From an uncultured virus (IMG/VR IMGVR_UViG_3300020469_000030) (lineage: Duplodnaviria; Heunggongvirae; Uroviricota; Caudoviricetes): a stretch of 64,000 nt of DNA. The translations under genes were made by a program, and so were the position numbers. The stretch is from the IMG/VR virus record IMGVR_UViG_3300020469_000030; one strand, written 5' to 3'. Of this stretch, positions 28,123-38,621 are shown in pieces. The notes beneath the pieces are model-generated. The model worked only from the letters and a program-made list of their open reading frames with translations. It did no database searches and was not told the DNA's origin. Numbering within the stretch: position 1 is the stretch's first letter; each line of letters begins with the position of its first letter.

Positions 28123-29028
28123 TTATTCTCCAGCAACTATAACATCATCTATTGCTATATCACCTCTATAATATTTTGTACCTGTTTTCGTTTTACCAAA
28201 AAACCATATATAAATATCATCTGTACTACCAGCTAGTGAATTTAGATCAACTTCTGCTTTTCTCCATAATGAAGAATCAGTTGTTCTTCTATCACCTTGC
28301 GGCTGTTGCTCACCAGTTATACGAATATTTGAAGACGTAGCTGCTCCTCTATTTTGAGACCAAAAGTAAATATTTGCACCACCTGTTGTATCAGACAAAA
28401 ATCCAAGAGAGTGTGATGCTTCTGATTTATAGCTAGCATCATTAGAGCTAGTTGTTACAGCAACGCCAAGAGAGCCTATCATGCTGCCAAACATATGAAA
28501 CCAAAAACTTAATTTTAATGTATTATTTGCAGGTGCACTAGAAATATTAACACCAGGAGTTCTCAAAAGATATCTACTACCAGGTATGTTTGATGATTCT
28601 ATATACATGTATTTTTTAGACTTATCTGCAAATTCACCAGAAGTAAAATCTGATGAGTTATGAGCAGCACGAGGCCCTGTTCCTAGGGATGGTGTTCTCC
28701 CTTGTTCAGATTCAAAAACGCCATCTGGTAATACTGATTGTTCACCACTACTAGCTCCCCATTTTACACTAGTTAAATTCCATTTCTCATTTAATGAGTT
28801 CCAAAAATCAGTAGATGTCATATAAAAATATATTTTACTATCTGTACTTGTTGCCCATTGAAATGGTACAACACCAGAACCTTCACTTATATTATCAAAG
28901 TTAGCACGTAAATAAATATTATCATCTGCGTAATTAATTTTAAATATATTATTTATATCAGCTTTTATATTACTAATATTATTTATATCAGCAATTGATA
29001 TTCCATTTATTTTAGTAATATCTGCCAT
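28123..29028 (-). CDS. MAM-domain-like protein (copy 2)
   Basis: TPSLGTGP..AH, YMYIESS, LLRTP, LSFWFHMFGSMIGSL, WRKAEVDL, GDIAIDDV are MAM-domain hallmarks. Start moved to MADITK (TAATG overlap). Confidence 0.75.
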   Translation of the reverse strand: MADITKINGISIADINNISNIKADINNIFKINYADDNIYLRANFDNISEGSGVVPFQWATSTDSKIYFYMTSTDFWNSLNEKWNLTSVKWGASSGEQSVLPDGVFESEQGRTPSLGTGPRAAHNSSDFTSGEFADKSKKYMYIESSNIPGSRYLLRTPGVNISSAPANNTLKLSFWFHMFGSMIGSLGVAVTTSSNDASYKSEASHSLGFLSDTTGGANIYFWSQNRGAATSSNIRITGEQQPQGDRRTTDSSLWRKAEVDLNSLAGSTDDIYIWFFGKTKTGTKYYRGDIAIDDVIVAGE

Positions 29029-29585
29029 TATGATAATTGAATCCAAGTTGTATCAGGTTTAAAATAGATTACATTACTACCACTTGCTACAAATCCTAAA
29101 GCACGAATAACATTGCCAGAACCTGTTGGTGGTAAATGGTGTATAGAGCCTGGTGTAGCAGGATCATTATGAAGATATATTTTTGAGCCAACAAGTGCAC
29201 TGCCTGTTAATGTTCTCTCTTGATGAACAGATCCTTGCAGTAACATACCGAGCTCTGTTTTACCAGCTGTTGCAATTGCTAATGGAGCGGTTGCAGAAGA
29301 TTCTGATAGTGCAGTTGCAAGCACCCAATTACCATCTACTAATCCATATACCTTACCTGTTGATACAACTTGAGCTCCTAACTTTATAACTTCACCATTA
29401 TGATCTCCTAACGTATCTAATCCTTCTATAGCAATCACCTGTGATTCAACCTGAAGGCTACTCACCGGAGTACCATCGTTTCCATACCATAATTTACTAG
29501 AATCTATATTAATAGCAAATTCACCATTCGCTAATTCTGTTGGTGATGCTGAGCCTGTTCCGTATTTTAATTGTATTTTTCCCAT
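29028..29585 (-). CDS. Short fibre-like protein; paralog of the C-terminal domain of 32582..37465
   Basis: N-terminal IQLKYGTG..P..LANGEFAIN...KLWYG resembles a fibre attachment module; C-terminal GDHNGEV...GMLLQG...VIRALGF...IYFKPDTTWIQL. Confidence 0.65.
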   Translation of the reverse strand: MGKIQLKYGTGSASPTELANGEFAINIDSSKLWYGNDGTPVSSLQVESQVIAIEGLDTLGDHNGEVIKLGAQVVSTGKVYGLVDGNWVLATALSESSATAPLAIATAGKTELGMLLQGSVHQERTLTGSALVGSKIYLHNDPATPGSIHHLPPTGSGNVIRALGFVASGSNVIYFKPDTTWIQLS

Positions 29586-29586
29586 A

Positions 29587-30426
29587 CTACCTCACTATTA
29601 AAGAGCCTGATGATACTTGAATAAAGCCTTCAGTAAGTTGAATTACTGATTCGGGTATATTAAGATCATATTGTATTATTATTTGCGGTCGATTTGATGA
29701 TTCAGCTGCATTAGAACTAAATATATTTAATCCAAAAGTTCTGTTATCATAAAATTTATCATTGTCCTTATAATCTAAAAATACTTGACGAAAGTTATAA
29801 TCATAAATATCTTCAATTATTGCACATTGAAACCTACCACCTGTTAATAAATATGTGTTTATATCGTTAACAGCTTTATTATTTAAGTCGATTTCATATG
29901 TTTGACTTGAAGCACTTGTGCTACCTCGTACTGCTTCTTTACTATATGCATCATTACCATCACTTCTATTAAAAGGCATAAAGGCACTAATATCAACGTT
30001 ATCATAGCCTGAAGCTATTCCTCCGGATGCTGTAATAGTTCTGAAATCATCATTATCTATTGTATTACCAATACTAGCGGACATTAACCTACCTTCAGAT
30101 AAGTGCCTTACACCATTTTGATTCCCTTGATATGTATATGCACTCTCTGAAAATATTGCTGTGGTGTATTTAAATTTAGCACTCGTAGCTGTTGCATATT
30201 CTAATTTTGGAATACTAAAAGACATAAAAAATCTATTAAAAGAGTGTACATTTACAACATTCTTACCGACAGGAAGTCTGTGGTGCGTATAGTATATTGA
30301 CCCTGTCTCGCTTGAATCGGAACTTATAAATTCTCCATCACCATTAATTCTAGCTTTATATGGTCCTTGAAAGTGGAGAATAGATGTATCTATATTACTA
30401 CCTGTGTATGTTTTAGAGCTACTCAT
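29587..30426 (-). CDS. Hypothetical structural protein
   Basis: 279-aa ORF coupled to both neighbours; RFFMSF and NRPQIIIQY resemble beta-sandwich fibre-associated domains. Confidence 0.55.
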   Translation of the reverse strand: MSSSKTYTGSNIDTSILHFQGPYKARINGDGEFISSDSSETGSIYYTHHRLPVGKNVVNVHSFNRFFMSFSIPKLEYATATSAKFKYTTAIFSESAYTYQGNQNGVRHLSEGRLMSASIGNTIDNDDFRTITASGGIASGYDNVDISAFMPFNRSDGNDAYSKEAVRGSTSASSQTYEIDLNNKAVNDINTYLLTGGRFQCAIIEDIYDYNFRQVFLDYKDNDKFYDNRTFGLNIFSSNAAESSNRPQIIIQYDLNIPESVIQLTEGFIQVSSGSLIVR

Positions 30427-31039
30427 TTATCGCCATTTTAGGTAAAAAGTATTTATTACCTTCAAAATACTTATGATGAATAGGGGGGTAGTCACTAAGT
30501 TCTATACATTCATAATCAACGGCTTCACCTAATATATTGCCGGGCCAGTTAAAATGATTAAACCATGAAACTAAAGTAAGAGACTTACTTAACTCTTTTA
30601 ATCTTTTTGGTAATTCTTGTTTAACAGTCTCTTTATTACAATACATCATTTTAGTTTTATTTACAAATATACCATCATACTTTGCTAGTTTCTTCTCGTA
30701 AAAACTACCCGTAATTATATTAACATTACTTTTATTTTTAGCCCATTTTTGAGCATATGGCAATGCTTGTGTCCGGTCTATTATTATAGTATGTGATTTA
30801 ATATTATGAGTTTGAATATATTTGCTCATTTGATCAAAGCCATGGTGACCTATTTGTAATATATCTCCGCCATTTCTACAAACAAAAGCAGCACTAGCAG
30901 AATAACCATTAGCTTCCCATGCACCTTCAACTTGATACCCGTTCTCTAATATTACAACTTCGTCAGATCTTACTTCGTAGGTGTAATCCACTACTTCTGG
31001 ATTTTCTATAAAGGAGCCTGTCCAAATCCATTTATCCAT
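30419..31039 (-). CDS. Class I SAM methyltransferase-like protein (GAMT/RMT2-like), with degenerate motifs
   Basis: WE...A..VC.NGGDILQIG...SKYIQ...KSHTIII...WAKNKSNVNIITG...KYDGIF follows the GAMT/RMT2 pattern, but canonical ExGFGxG and HxIIE are altered. Confidence 0.6.
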   Translation of the reverse strand: MDKWIWTGSFIENPEVVDYTYEVRSDEVVILENGYQVEGAWEANGYSASAAFVCRNGGDILQIGHHGFDQMSKYIQTHNIKSHTIIIDRTQALPYAQKWAKNKSNVNIITGSFYEKKLAKYDGIFVNKTKMMYCNKETVKQELPKRLKELSKSLTLVSWFNHFNWPGNILGEAVDYECIELSDYPPIHHKYFEGNKYFLPKMAINE

Positions 31040-32377
31040 TTAGTTTCCTTCTAATATATGAACAGCGTCTATCGCTAAGTCAGCTCTAAAACCTGTTGCG
31101 TTTTGTGATACAAAGTATATATAGTAATCAGTATCATCTCTATAATCATTTAAACTAATGGTTTTTTGTTGCCAAACACTAGATTGTCCTGAAAATCCGG
31201 GAAGGGTTTCATATGCTGCTAGCTCAACAGCTGATGAGTGATTAGCTGTATCAGCTGTGTGGATGTATACATATAAGTCGCCCATTTGGCTTCCATAAGC
31301 ATGTACCCAAAATAATAAATTTAAATTATTTCCTGTACTTACCATATTACTACTGTTAAATACGGGCATTCTCGTTACATGACATCGACTATGGAGTTGA
31401 CTAGATGTTTCTGTAAATAAATAATTCTTTGGGTCAGCATCTGTCCCTTCATGCGTTCCATCAGCTGTATTAACACTACCATCAGGACCTGTTGTGCCAG
31501 ATGGTGTACTATCATAGCCAAGTCTCCAACCTACTACAGTTTTATTGCTTGTTCTTCCCCAATATGTGCCATTAACAGCAGAAGAGCCGTTCACCCAGTA
31601 ATTACCAGGAGACCACTGTGTATTTTCAGATGTAGTTTCATCTTCAAATTGATACGGACCTAATAAATCAAAAGATGGTTCTGTCGTATTGCCAGGCGTA
31701 TTAACTTTGCTGACAGCTGATGTAGCTATTCCTAATATTTTTGATATATTTGTTGGTGCTATTCCAATTACAGTATTAGTATATAGTGTTTGATATGTTA
31801 TACGTAATCCCATGTTACTCTCACCTAGTATTACTCCTACTGGTGTATCTGTTATACCGCTTGTTAATATAGCAAACCCGAAATCAGCTTGATCATTTGG
31901 ATCCCATGATATACCGGATAGTGAATCACTTGCTCCAGCAAGCACGTCTGTACCGGTTGTATTATTTACGTAGTATTTATTTCCACCTGTAAGTGTTAAT
32001 TGAGTAGAATCACCATTTAGTGAACCACCTGATGGTGTTGATAGGAATACAAGTGGTGCAGAGTACGATGTACCATTATAGAATCTCATTTGATATATTA
32101 ATGCTTCACTCACTCCAGTGGAACCAGCATTCCCAAATCTTGAATTACCACTAGCAACTAACTCAACACCAGTTATAGTAGCACCGGTTGGGATCTGATT
32201 TGAAAAGCATCCAGTCCATACATTACCTCTGTTCCCAGCTGTTGTGCCTGATGCTACGCAAGCATTAGATCCATACATACGAGTTGCATAAGTCCATGAT
32301 ATGTAAGTATTTCCATCACTTAAAGCTGAGCCTAAAGTTGCATTAGCACTTGGTGGTCTAATAGATGTAACTGCCAT
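31040..32377 (-). CDS. MAM-domain-like protein (copy 1) with additional N-terminal beta domain
   Basis: TPSGTTGP, YLFTETSS, LLFWVHAYGSQMGDLYV, WQQKTISL, ADLAIDAV; IPTGATITGVEL in the N-terminal domain. Confidence 0.72.
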   Translation of the reverse strand: MAVTSIRPPSANATLGSALSDGNTYISWTYATRMYGSNACVASGTTAGNRGNVWTGCFSNQIPTGATITGVELVASGNSRFGNAGSTGVSEALIYQMRFYNGTSYSAPLVFLSTPSGGSLNGDSTQLTLTGGNKYYVNNTTGTDVLAGASDSLSGISWDPNDQADFGFAILTSGITDTPVGVILGESNMGLRITYQTLYTNTVIGIAPTNISKILGIATSAVSKVNTPGNTTEPSFDLLGPYQFEDETTSENTQWSPGNYWVNGSSAVNGTYWGRTSNKTVVGWRLGYDSTPSGTTGPDGSVNTADGTHEGTDADPKNYLFTETSSQLHSRCHVTRMPVFNSSNMVSTGNNLNLLFWVHAYGSQMGDLYVYIHTADTANHSSAVELAAYETLPGFSGQSSVWQQKTISLNDYRDDTDYYIYFVSQNATGFRADLAIDAVHILEGN

Positions 32378-32378
32378 A

Positions 32379-32582
32379 TTATCCTTTGTCGTCTATTTTT
32401 ATGTAACCAGAAATTTGTTCAAAGTACCCGTTAGGTATGAAAAGTTCAGCTTCATCATCCCACATCCCTACTGTATCTGTTATACCTTCTTGAGTTCTCC
32501 AGTATTTTCCATGATCAAACGTGTTGGTACCAATAGTTACTTCTTCTGTTTCAACACTATATGTTGCTTCATGTAACGCCAT
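32379..32582 (-). CDS. Small hypothetical protein (67 aa)
   Basis: MALHEATY...; TAATG overlap with the upstream gene and a 1-nt gap to the next ATG. Confidence 0.6.
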   Translation of the reverse strand: MALHEATYSVETEEVTIGTNTFDHGKYWRTQEGITDTVGMWDDEAELFIPNGYFEQISGYIKIDDKG

Positions 32583-35500
32583 TAAGCTCGCTCCACCCAT
32601 GTATTATCAGGACTAAACCAAATTTTATTTTCATTACCTGTAGATACAGCGTACCCAATTACTCTAACTATTTCACCAGTATCAGCAGGCGCAACGGTTG
32701 TAACATAACCAGCTGTACCATCATCTACATACAATATACTACCAAGTGCTTCTGTACCAACTATATCGTCACATATTACAACTGATCCTCTAACAAGCAT
32801 TCCTTCAGTATCTGGATCAGTTCCTAGTGCTATAGCTAACATACCTGTTGATGTAGATGCTTGATCTGCTTGTGCTAAAATCCAACCACCTGTAGAAGCA
32901 TAATAATACAACTTACCTTTAACAGTAGTACCTGTACCTATATATATTACATCACCGTGATGGTCGCCAATAGTTGTAGAAGCGGGCATATTAATTTTTC
33001 GTTTTGTTATATCCAATCCTGCTGATGTTAATGTAGCTTGAGTAGCACCATTTGCTCTAAAAACAATTTCATTATCAGTGGTTGCAAAATCAACAAGATT
33101 GTCAGCATCTCTACCAATTTTAAGGTCTGCTGCAAATGTATTACCAGAAACGCTTCCCCCTCCCCCAGCCGCTTCAGCCCAAGTCAATCCACCTGTATCT
33201 CCTGATTGAGCAGTCAATACATAACCATTAGTTGGAGCGTTAGAAACTTTTAAGTTAGCTTCATCTACAACATTATCCGCTATCACTGTAGCTCCATCTG
33301 CCGTAGAAGTTACTTCACCAGAATGGTCTGGGTGGGTGTAATTATTTGCATTAGCTGCAATACCATCTAACTTAGTTTTATCACCATTGACAAAGCCTCC
33401 TTCGCTAGGTTTTGCTTGTAGAGTAGATATTGTTACACCTTTTACACCAGCTAAATCTGTAAGCTCTGAATCCATTAAAGCACCAGCTGCTTCCACATTG
33501 GTTGCATCCGTAACATCTGCTGACGCTTCAATAGCGTCAAGCTTAGTCTTATCACCATTGGCGAAAGCACCCTCTGAGGGCTTTGCTTGTAAAGCGGAGC
33601 TTGAAGCATTAAGTTGTGCAATAGTAGAATATGATGATAAATCTTGATCACCGGTATTTGTCCCGCTTAAGTTTGAACCTATAACTGTACCGACTGCTTT
33701 AATATTACCTGATGCTGTTATATTGCTTGTAAAATGAGCTCCATCATTTGCATCTAATGTTAAAACGGTAGTAAATGCAGTATCGCCAGTATCTTTTACC
33801 ATTGCATTAAATACAAATTTAGTACCATGATGTGGATCATCTGTAAAATCTTGTGTTGCAACTGCTAAAATTTGGGCACAATCTTCCTGAGAATCATTTT
33901 CACTAGAAAATAAAATTGAACCTATAGTTTGTCCTGATACTACACTATTATCACTATTTGCTAATTTTATTCTTGGATTTGATGATGCTTCAATATGAAG
34001 TTTACTTCCATTCCATGTTAATGTTGTTTCACCAGTTAAAGAATTAGCATCAGTTGCAGTAATTAATCTATTGTCTGCGCCATTAGTTAAGTCAGCTAAT
34101 GTGGTTCCCCAAACTCTTGAATCTATTTCATCAGTTTTAATAAATCCATCTGCATCTTTTATTAATACAGAATTATCTACACCTGCTTCTAAATTTGCTT
34201 TAAATTTATCTGTAATAATAGTACCGCTTGTACTTATATTACCTGAGGATGTTATATTACCTAAAGTTTGTAATGAGCTTGAATATAATCCAGATGGAAG
34301 TGTAACTGTTACAGCATCAATATTAGATTGTAGAGTTGAACTAGATGCGTTAAGAGCAGTTATTAAACTTGTATTTAACGCACCAATAGCAGAAGAATTA
34401 CCTGCTACCTGTACTGCTGTTGCTTTGGTAGCTAACTGAGTTTGAATAGTAGAACTGGAAGCGTTTAATTGTACAATAGTTGAGTATGCAGATAAATCTT
34501 GATCTCCAGTATTAGTTCCAGATAAATTAGAACCAATAATTGTGCCACTAGAACTTATATTACTAGAAGCAGTTACTGCACCTGATAAGGTAAGGGTATT
34601 GTAAGACATATATATAGGATCAGGAGTAGTAAAATCACCGAGTATCACAGTACCTGCAATTAATGAACCAAACCCAGATGCTAGTTGAGCAAATACATGA
34701 TCATCGTCTATCTTGTATGAATTTGCAATTATTGTTTTACTTGAACTTATATTTCCAGAGGCTGTTACATTTCCAGGGCCACTTACTTCAAAGCTAGCTT
34801 GCGGTGTTCCTGCATTTCTTGTATTAACTCTAAAGCCTACATCAACACCAAAATCATCAGAACCACAATCTAGACGAGCAAATGGTTGCGCATCACTGTG
34901 TCTATCTAACGTTAGTGAGTTTGATGTGTTATGTTGTCCTATGAATGTATTACCACTAGTAACAAACTGACCCATACTTATAAATGAACCACCTTTAATC
35001 AGTCCGCTTGCACTTATGTTACCTGATGATGTTATATTACCTAGAGTTTGTAGTGAACTTGAATAGGTGCCATCAGGTATTGTTGTCAAGAATGATGATG
35101 TTGCAGAATTTGCTACAACATTTGATGTTAATGCAAAAGAGCCAGTTTCTGTTTTGTTTAATTTAGTCGCAGTCAATGTAGCTGTAGTAGCTATTACTGT
35201 ATTTAAATTTGTAGTTAATGCAGAGCTAGAAGCATTTAAATTAGTAATAGTAGAATATGATGATAAATCTTGATCTCCGGTATTAATGCCTGATAAATTT
35301 TGGCCAAATATTTCGCTGCTCGAACTTATATTACCTGAGGCAGTTATATGACCTTGAGCATCAGTATTACCAGTAATAAAAATATTACCTCCAAACTGAG
35401 ATTGCCCGTCTGCTTGTAGAACTAAAGCAGGGTGAATAGGCCCTGAACCACCAGCGTGTATTTGAGTAGCAGATAATACATTACTTGAGCTTAAATAAGC

Positions 35501-37465
35501 AGAAGAGGTTATATGTTCACCAGCAATTTCTAAACCACCACCGTAAATCCTCATATTACCAGCATTAGTTTCAACTACTCTAGTTGAATCATTTGGAAAT
35601 TTATACATACCAGCCGTACTAGTACCTACTGTTATATCACTACCTATAATAACACCACTTGCGCTTATAGCAGTTATAGACATATTATTGAACACTACAT
35701 CGCTACCTGTTATAGCTAAGTTAGATATATCTTGATCACCTGTATTGGTTCCAGATATATTTGATGCTAAAATATTTCCACTAGCACTTACATCACCTGA
35801 TGCAGTTATATTACCTATTAATTCGATTGATTCATTAAATCCAGCTTTTCCTATTAGAACTTTAGTAATATCACCACTTGAGCCGAACCTTATAGTGGTA
35901 CCATCATCTGACCGCTGAACTACAGTAGCACCTCCTATAGTTAATGTTTCACCTATAAGACCTGCACTTGAACTTATAACACCACCTGCAGTTATCTTAT
36001 CTACGGCAAACATATCATCTGTAGAACTAATCTGTTCTGCTACTATAGTACCAGCTACTATATTACCACTTGCACTTACATCACCTGATGCAGTTACATT
36101 AGCTGTAGTTCTAATTTCACCAAGAACTAGTAACGGTGTCGTTGTTCTTACTAAGTTATCATAAACATTGAGTTTCGAAACTACTGCACCGCCGTCACCA
36201 AGACTAATATCAATTTGATTATTATTTGGTGCATTAATTCTATTGCCTACAACATTACCAAGTTCTAAATATTCTCTTGCTATTATAGCAGCACCCATAA
36301 AATTGCCACTATTACTAACAAACCCGGAAGCAGTTATTTTACCAGTAAAATTATGAGAATCATCAGCCGAGTCACCGAATTGGGTAGAACCACTGCTGAA
36401 TGATTGCGTTAAGTATGTAACGGATGATGATACAATATATTTTTGAGCTGTTAATTCATTAAATTCAACATTAGAACCTAATACAGCAAAAGAACCTGTT
36501 TCTGTTTTATCTAATTTAGTATTTATAATAGTATTTAGAGCAGAACTTGAATCGTTTAAGTTATGTATTGTTGCTAAATGAGTTAAGGATTGATCACCTG
36601 TATTGTTACCAGATAAATTGCTTGCGGTTATATTACCTGATGCAGTTATATTACCAGATGGTACATTAATATGCTGACCAATATTTACAGCACCAGCAAA
36701 AGTAGTTATATTTGTAGATGGGTTTATTGACACCGCATTTGTTACAAACGGAACCGTGTTTTCACTTGATTGAATTACCGGGTAATGATGTCCATTTACA
36801 TTTGTATCTGTTGTTCCTAGTTTACCTGTAATAATTCCGCTTGAACTTATATTACCTGAGGCTGTTACAGGGGCATTTAATGTTATTGCAGTACCAAGCA
36901 TTTTTGTAATTCTAGCTGCACTACCAAAATTATGTTCAGTAGATGTTGCTTCAATTACTCTGCTTCCTATAGCACTTGGATCTCCTTCGCCATAAAATTC
37001 TCCTGAATATATCTTACCACTTGCACTTATATTACCAGAGCTTGTCACGTTAGATTCTATAGTAACATCATTATATAATACAGACCCTGGTTTACCAATT
37101 CTATAAGATTTTATATCTTGGTGACCCCACTGTATAGCGCTTTGAACTTCTGAGAAAAGTGTTGGTGTTTGACTACCAAACTTTATATTATATTGTGGAG
37201 CTATTATAGGTAGACTTGAACTAATAATACCTGATGATGTAATATTACCTAACGTTTGTAATGAACTTGAATATAATCCGCTAGGTAATGTAACTGTTAC
37301 GGCATCTATATTAGATTGTAGTGTTGAACTAGATGCATTTAATTGAGTATTTGTTACTAAATTAACAACAGAACCTGTACCATTATAAAATTCACTACCA
37401 TCAGTATGAATTAATCTTTGAAAAGTATCTTGAATACTTGAACCTGATAAATTAGGAAGAGCCAT
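32582..37465 (-). CDS. Long tail-fibre-like repeat protein (1627 aa)
   Basis: Many NITASGNISASG-type repeats, five NxSGxNTGDQ modules each followed by a short helical LNASSS-type segment in most copies, DKTKLDxI repeats, globular C-terminal domain. Confidence 0.75.
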   Translation of the reverse strand: MALPNLSGSSIQDTFQRLIHTDGSEFYNGTGSVVNLVTNTQLNASSSTLQSNIDAVTVTLPSGLYSSSLQTLGNITSSGIISSSLPIIAPQYNIKFGSQTPTLFSEVQSAIQWGHQDIKSYRIGKPGSVLYNDVTIESNVTSSGNISASGKIYSGEFYGEGDPSAIGSRVIEATSTEHNFGSAARITKMLGTAITLNAPVTASGNISSSGIITGKLGTTDTNVNGHHYPVIQSSENTVPFVTNAVSINPSTNITTFAGAVNIGQHINVPSGNITASGNITASNLSGNNTGDQSLTHLATIHNLNDSSSALNTIINTKLDKTETGSFAVLGSNVEFNELTAQKYIVSSSVTYLTQSFSSGSTQFGDSADDSHNFTGKITASGFVSNSGNFMGAAIIAREYLELGNVVGNRINAPNNNQIDISLGDGGAVVSKLNVYDNLVRTTTPLLVLGEIRTTANVTASGDVSASGNIVAGTIVAEQISSTDDMFAVDKITAGGVISSSAGLIGETLTIGGATVVQRSDDGTTIRFGSSGDITKVLIGKAGFNESIELIGNITASGDVSASGNILASNISGTNTGDQDISNLAITGSDVVFNNMSITAISASGVIIGSDITVGTSTAGMYKFPNDSTRVVETNAGNMRIYGGGLEIAGEHITSSAYLSSSNVLSATQIHAGGSGPIHPALVLQADGQSQFGGNIFITGNTDAQGHITASGNISSSSEIFGQNLSGINTGDQDLSSYSTITNLNASSSALTTNLNTVIATTATLTATKLNKTETGSFALTSNVVANSATSSFLTTIPDGTYSSSLQTLGNITSSGNISASGLIKGGSFISMGQFVTSGNTFIGQHNTSNSLTLDRHSDAQPFARLDCGSDDFGVDVGFRVNTRNAGTPQASFEVSGPGNVTASGNISSSKTIIANSYKIDDDHVFAQLASGFGSLIAGTVILGDFTTPDPIYMSYNTLTLSGAVTASSNISSSGTIIGSNLSGTNTGDQDLSAYSTIVQLNASSSTIQTQLATKATAVQVAGNSSAIGALNTSLITALNASSSTLQSNIDAVTVTLPSGLYSSSLQTLGNITSSGNISTSGTIITDKFKANLEAGVDNSVLIKDADGFIKTDEIDSRVWGTTLADLTNGADNRLITATDANSLTGETTLTWNGSKLHIEASSNPRIKLANSDNSVVSGQTIGSILFSSENDSQEDCAQILAVATQDFTDDPHHGTKFVFNAMVKDTGDTAFTTVLTLDANDGAHFTSNITASGNIKAVGTVIGSNLSGTNTGDQDLSSYSTIAQLNASSSALQAKPSEGAFANGDKTKLDAIEASADVTDATNVEAAGALMDSELTDLAGVKGVTISTLQAKPSEGGFVNGDKTKLDGIAANANNYTHPDHSGEVTSTADGATVIADNVVDEANLKVSNAPTNGYVLTAQSGDTGGLTWAEAAGGGGSVSGNTFAADLKIGRDADNLVDFATTDNEIVFRANGATQATLTSAGLDITKRKINMPASTTIGDHHGDVIYIGTGTTVKGKLYYYASTGGWILAQADQASTSTGMLAIALGTDPDTEGMLVRGSVVICDDIVGTEALGSILYVDDGTAGYVTTVAPADTGEIVRVIGYAVSTGNENKIWFSPDNTWVERA

Positions 37466-38607
37466 TAAAATGTACCTCCATTAATACTACTAAAAGATAT
37501 ATTATCAAAGCTTGCTGTTGTGTTACTAAAGTCGCTGAGAGATTGTACTTTCCAGTCATGTGCACCGCGTATCAACATAACTCTACATCCAAGGTCAAAC
37601 TCAAAAGCTTCAGGATAATAATTACCGCGAATTGTTCTTGGATGAAATGAATCTTGAATTAAATCACCTGCGTCAACATTTATCTCTGTAATAACTACAC
37701 CAGCTACTTGAGGGCTTGCTAGATAATGTGGACCATTATTACCAGCTTCAATATAAAGCATCTGCGCTTTATTATAAACAGGATCACGTGGTGTTATTTT
37801 ACCTATTGGATATAATAAATTTGTATCAATACGAACAAATACAGCCCCTTGTGTTGATAGATCTAAATTATAATACGTTTTACCAACCGCTGTGAACGGT
37901 GTTAAAAAACTTGCAGAGTTCTCCGCTGTTATACCAAGATTTTTATATTCCGCTGTATTAATAATACCATCATATCCACCTGTACCATCAATTACTGTTG
38001 ATGCACTTGACGTCGGTGCAATACCTTCTGTAGCAGTACCATAAGCAGAACCGGAACCTTCTTGAACTAAATTATAATTAAATGATGAACCAGATATATA
38101 TGTTACATTAAATGCATCGGGTGGCGTTTCACCTGTTATTGTGTGAGTTATAAACATTTTTGCATCTTCATAGTAGTCAAATCCATTTGAACCACTAGTT
38201 TTAAATATACCGGATGAAGACACTATATATCTATTAGCACGTGCTTTATGATTATCAATACCCTTGACAGTTTTATAAGCAATTGTATTACCTTCTTCAC
38301 CTATATTTAAATTTACACGAATAGAACTACTAAAATCAGTTCTTGGTTGTAATGTTGTATTTTTATCATTTGCATACCAAACTAATATACTATGCTTATC
38401 TGTTGTTGAAAAGTAAAAATAGGAACTTGATGCTGCAGATGACCCTGAGTGTGGGCAAAGTATGCTTTGTGATAAAGAAGCACCAGACATAGTCACAGCA
38501 TATATTTCAGAAACAGATGCTGATTTTGCACCTACTGTTTCTGTTCCTGCTGGTATTAAGAATATTTTACCGTCTACTGTCCTTATTTGATCTTTAGATA
38601 ATGCCAT
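37465..38607 (-). CDS. Hypothetical Ser-rich structural protein
   Basis: 380-aa ORF ending INGGTF; TAATG-coupled to the fibre gene. Confidence 0.6.
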   Translation of the reverse strand: MALSKDQIRTVDGKIFLIPAGTETVGAKSASVSEIYAVTMSGASLSQSILCPHSGSSAASSSYFYFSTTDKHSILVWYANDKNTTLQPRTDFSSSIRVNLNIGEEGNTIAYKTVKGIDNHKARANRYIVSSSGIFKTSGSNGFDYYEDAKMFITHTITGETPPDAFNVTYISGSSFNYNLVQEGSGSAYGTATEGIAPTSSASTVIDGTGGYDGIINTAEYKNLGITAENSASFLTPFTAVGKTYYNLDLSTQGAVFVRIDTNLLYPIGKITPRDPVYNKAQMLYIEAGNNGPHYLASPQVAGVVITEINVDAGDLIQDSFHPRTIRGNYYPEAFEFDLGCRVMLIRGAHDWKVQSLSDFSNTTASFDNISFSSINGGTF

Positions 38608-38621
38608 TATTATACCCTCTA

